Made by a program: the position numbers and the translations under genes. 64,000 nt of DNA from Camelus ferus (lineage: Eukaryota), in assembly GCF_009834535.1 (NCBI RefSeq), contig NC_045696.1, forward strand, positions 68,264,001 through 68,328,000. The letters run 5' to 3'. Shown here in pieces: positions 61,585 to 64,000 of the stretch (its first letter is position 1; each line of letters begins with the position of its first letter). Below the pieces are notes generated by a model. That model saw only the letters and a list, made by a program, of their open reading frames with translations, was not told the origin of the DNA and did not search any database.

Positions 61585-62185
61585 CTCGCAACACTTGTTA
61601 AGAACTTGCTATATTTGAGGGATTGTGCTTGGAGCATAAGGTTGGGGCGGGGAGGGTGCAGAGGTGACTATGAAATGGCTTCTGTTCCACAGGAGCTTGT
61701 TGTCCGGTGAGAAATCTGGACATACGGGCAAACATCACAGCCTGCTGTGGTGATGGGGCTCTAACTTAGGTCTGAATAAAGTTCCAGAAGCCACAGAGGA
61801 GAGTGTGACCAATCCTCTGCAGGAATCTAGGAACTAGAGACTGAGGCAGTGGCGTTTGAATGATAACCTAAAGAATAAGGAGGGTTTCTCAAACAGGTGG
61901 GAGGAAGCAGGGCATTCTAGGCAGAGGAACAATGTGTTCACAGGTGGGAAAGATGAGAGAGTGCATTGTTTTCTGACAAGATGGAGCTTCTGGAGACTAA
62001 AATCAGGGCTATGCTGGGGGTAGGTAGGGCTGGGGGAGATACTACTGAATAACTTGGTTGGGGCAAGATCAGGGGGCCGAGGAGCGTGGCCTGTCCTGAA
62101 GGAATGCTCCATGGCACCAATAGGGACGTGGGGACAAGGTAGAGATGTGGGGAGACCTATGTGATGGTGGCAGTGACTCTCTCCC
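61585..62185 (-). mobile_element. L2 LINE
   Basis: AGGAGCTTGTTGTCCGGTGAGA..GGGCATTCTAGGCAGAGGAACAATGTGTTCACAGGT..GGGCAAGATCAGG. Confidence 0.8.
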
Positions 62186-62374
62186 CCAGTCGCCTTCCGG
62201 TTGGGGGTCCACACGCTCTGGCTGCATCTCACTTCAGTCCTACTCTCCTCAGCCATGAAATAAGGCAGCTTTCAGCACCAACCCCTTCCCAGAAAGAGAC
62301 TCCCTTCAGATGACCCACTCCAGGGAGCTAGAGGCTCTCCCACCCACAGCTCAGCCGTCTGTCTGAGGCAGGAC

Positions 62375-62462
62375 GTGGAGTCGTTAGGCTGAGCTTTGGC
62401 TCCAGATAGTCCTGGCTTCAAAACTTGGCTCTGCCTCTTACCAGCTCTGTTATCTTGGGTTT
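62375..62462 (+). mobile_element. MIR 5' fragment
   Basis: CCTGGCTTCAAAACTTGGCTCTGCCTCTTACCAGCTCTGTTATCTTGGG. Confidence 0.8.
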
Positions 62463-63400
62463 CCCTGAGGAGAGCCTGGTCGGTAGCACACGGAGGTGCT
62501 CCATCAGTGGTACCTGCTGTAGGTCTGTCTCACCCGGCTATAGGTGTTTCTTAGCCATGTTACTTAACGCATCCATGTGGCTCTTGGCAGCGCTGCCCTA
62601 AGACCCAGGCAAGAAGGCTTAACCTTCGAGGAAAGATGCCATGGCATACCACAAACATGAGAACAAATACATCTGAGAAAGAAGGCGTGGACACGTCTGT
62701 CATTCAGGATTTGGTACTCAGAGCTGGCAGAACAAGACCCATAACCAAAAACATCAGTTCTTGTGAGAAACACCATTCAGGCTCCCAGGTCTTCAGATGT
62801 CTTACCTTACATCCTTGAAACAAAAGGCAGTTGTGTCTGGATGTTGTGAAAGTTTGGAGGTTGTGTCACTACCTACTTTGCAAATGGATACTGCTTTGGA
62901 GAACAGGAAGAATCTGCATGGTTAAAGCACTTAGGTAAGGGAAATTAATTAATCAACTTGTCAAATCCTTCCTCTCAGATGGCACGAATGTAATAGCTCC
63001 TTAATAAGAACATGGCACTGAGTGTCCATTTCCTTGCTTCTCTTTACGTTCTAATTCGTGACCCTGGAGGAAGTCTTGAATTAGCATGGATTTTCAGCAG
63101 CTTTACATGGCAGTTGAGGAATATTTTGCAAAATTTAACAATTCATATTACTCTTAAATTTGTATGTATGTATGTAGATTAAGACATTATCTATATGACA
63201 AATATGATATAGATTCATAATATTTTCAACTAAGTAAGAATTAAAAGCTAGCATTTTCAATAGTTTAACTTTTTTACAGAAATAGATACATTTTGATTAC
63301 ATTAAAAAATTAAACTGGAAAATCAGCTTTACTCAAGTATTTTTTATTTAAAAGGTTAATGCCTGCCAATTATAACATTTGTAGCTCCCTTTTTACTTTT

Positions 63401-63555
63401 TTAACTTCTTTTTAAAATTTTTTTATTTACTTATTTTTTATTGGGGGTGGTAATTAGATTTATTCATTTATTTTTAGAGGAGGTACTGGGGATTGAACCC
63501 AGGACCTCGTGTATGCTAAGCATGCTGTCTCCTGCTTAAGCTATACCCTTCCCCT
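63401..63555 (-). mobile_element. Camelid tRNA-Ala-derived SINE (Vic-1-like)
   Basis: Minus strand reads GGGGAAGGGTATAGCTT..GCATGCTTAGCATACACGAGGTCCTGGGTTCAATCCCCAGTACCTCC..AAATCTAATTACCACCCCC plus A-rich tail; 12-bp TSD CTTTTTACTTTT at 63389-63400 and 63556-63567. Confidence 0.92.
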
Positions 63556-63772
63556 CTTTTTACTTTTAATTCATAATTTTTGATAGTTAAGATATTTTTG
63601 AAGAACTCTTTTTGCAAATGTGTAAGGAAAGTAATTTTAATTTTTACATTACTACCTTTAAAGGTAGTAAATGTAAAAATTAAAATTACTTTAATGTACA
63701 TTTTTGATGAAAAAAATTCAAATTTTAGACACTTTGAATACAGGTAACAATTTGTTTTGTAATCCTCTGGCT

Positions 63773-63970
63773 CTGCATTACCCAGTAGAACTTTCTGCTG
63801 TGATGGAAATGTTCCATAGCTGTGCTGCCAAAATGGAAGATGTGGAACCTGTGGAACGTGGCTAGTGCAACAGAGGAATTTTTACTTTAGTTTTACTTCC
63901 TATTAAATTTTAACGGATTTAAATTTAAATATCTGCATGTGGCTAGTGGCGATGATGTTGAATAGCACAT
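63773..63970 (+). mobile_element. MER3 hAT-Charlie MITE
   Basis: TAGAACTTTCTGCTGTGATGGAAATGTTC..GTGGCTAGTGCAACAGAGGAA..TTTAAATTTAAATA..CATGTGGCTAGTGGC. Confidence 0.9.
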
Positions 63971-64000
63971 TTTTTTTAGATCACTGAAAGTGAGAACACA

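Noticed and set aside
40240..63555. Inverted SINE pair as an A-to-I editing substrate
   Set aside because: 23 kb apart, short and diverged, with no evidence of a shared transcript.
1..64000. CRISPR arrays, operons or other prokaryotic systems; known miRNA/snoRNA genes
   Set aside because: Sequence is mammalian and repeat-rich; no regularly spaced repeat-spacer array and no mature miRNA or snoRNA that I recognise.

Overview
Mammalian non-coding DNA (intergenic or deep intronic), most likely from a camelid: two tRNA-Ala(AGC)-derived SINEs with the camelid Vic-1-like structure and intact target-site duplications (TSDs) are present, and I saw no Alu, Bov-A/tA, PRE-1 or Can-SINE. I can support no protein-coding exon, tRNA, rRNA or known ncRNA; the ORF track is chance ORFs and repeat-derived frames. 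The window is dense in ancient repeats (MIR/MIR3, L2, L3/CR1, hAT and Tc2 DNA transposons, MLT1/LTR33 solo LTRs) plus a 2.8 kb 5'-truncated L1MC1-like element, microsatellites and a 100-N gap. Repeat family names come from recalled consensus sequences, and the edges of old repeats are approximate. I found no convincing new biological system. The most unusual item is a 119 bp, tailless, TSD-flanked insertion made only of the extreme 5' end of an L1. Other items are clean nested insertions and several repeat-free, motif-rich enhancer/CTCF candidates.
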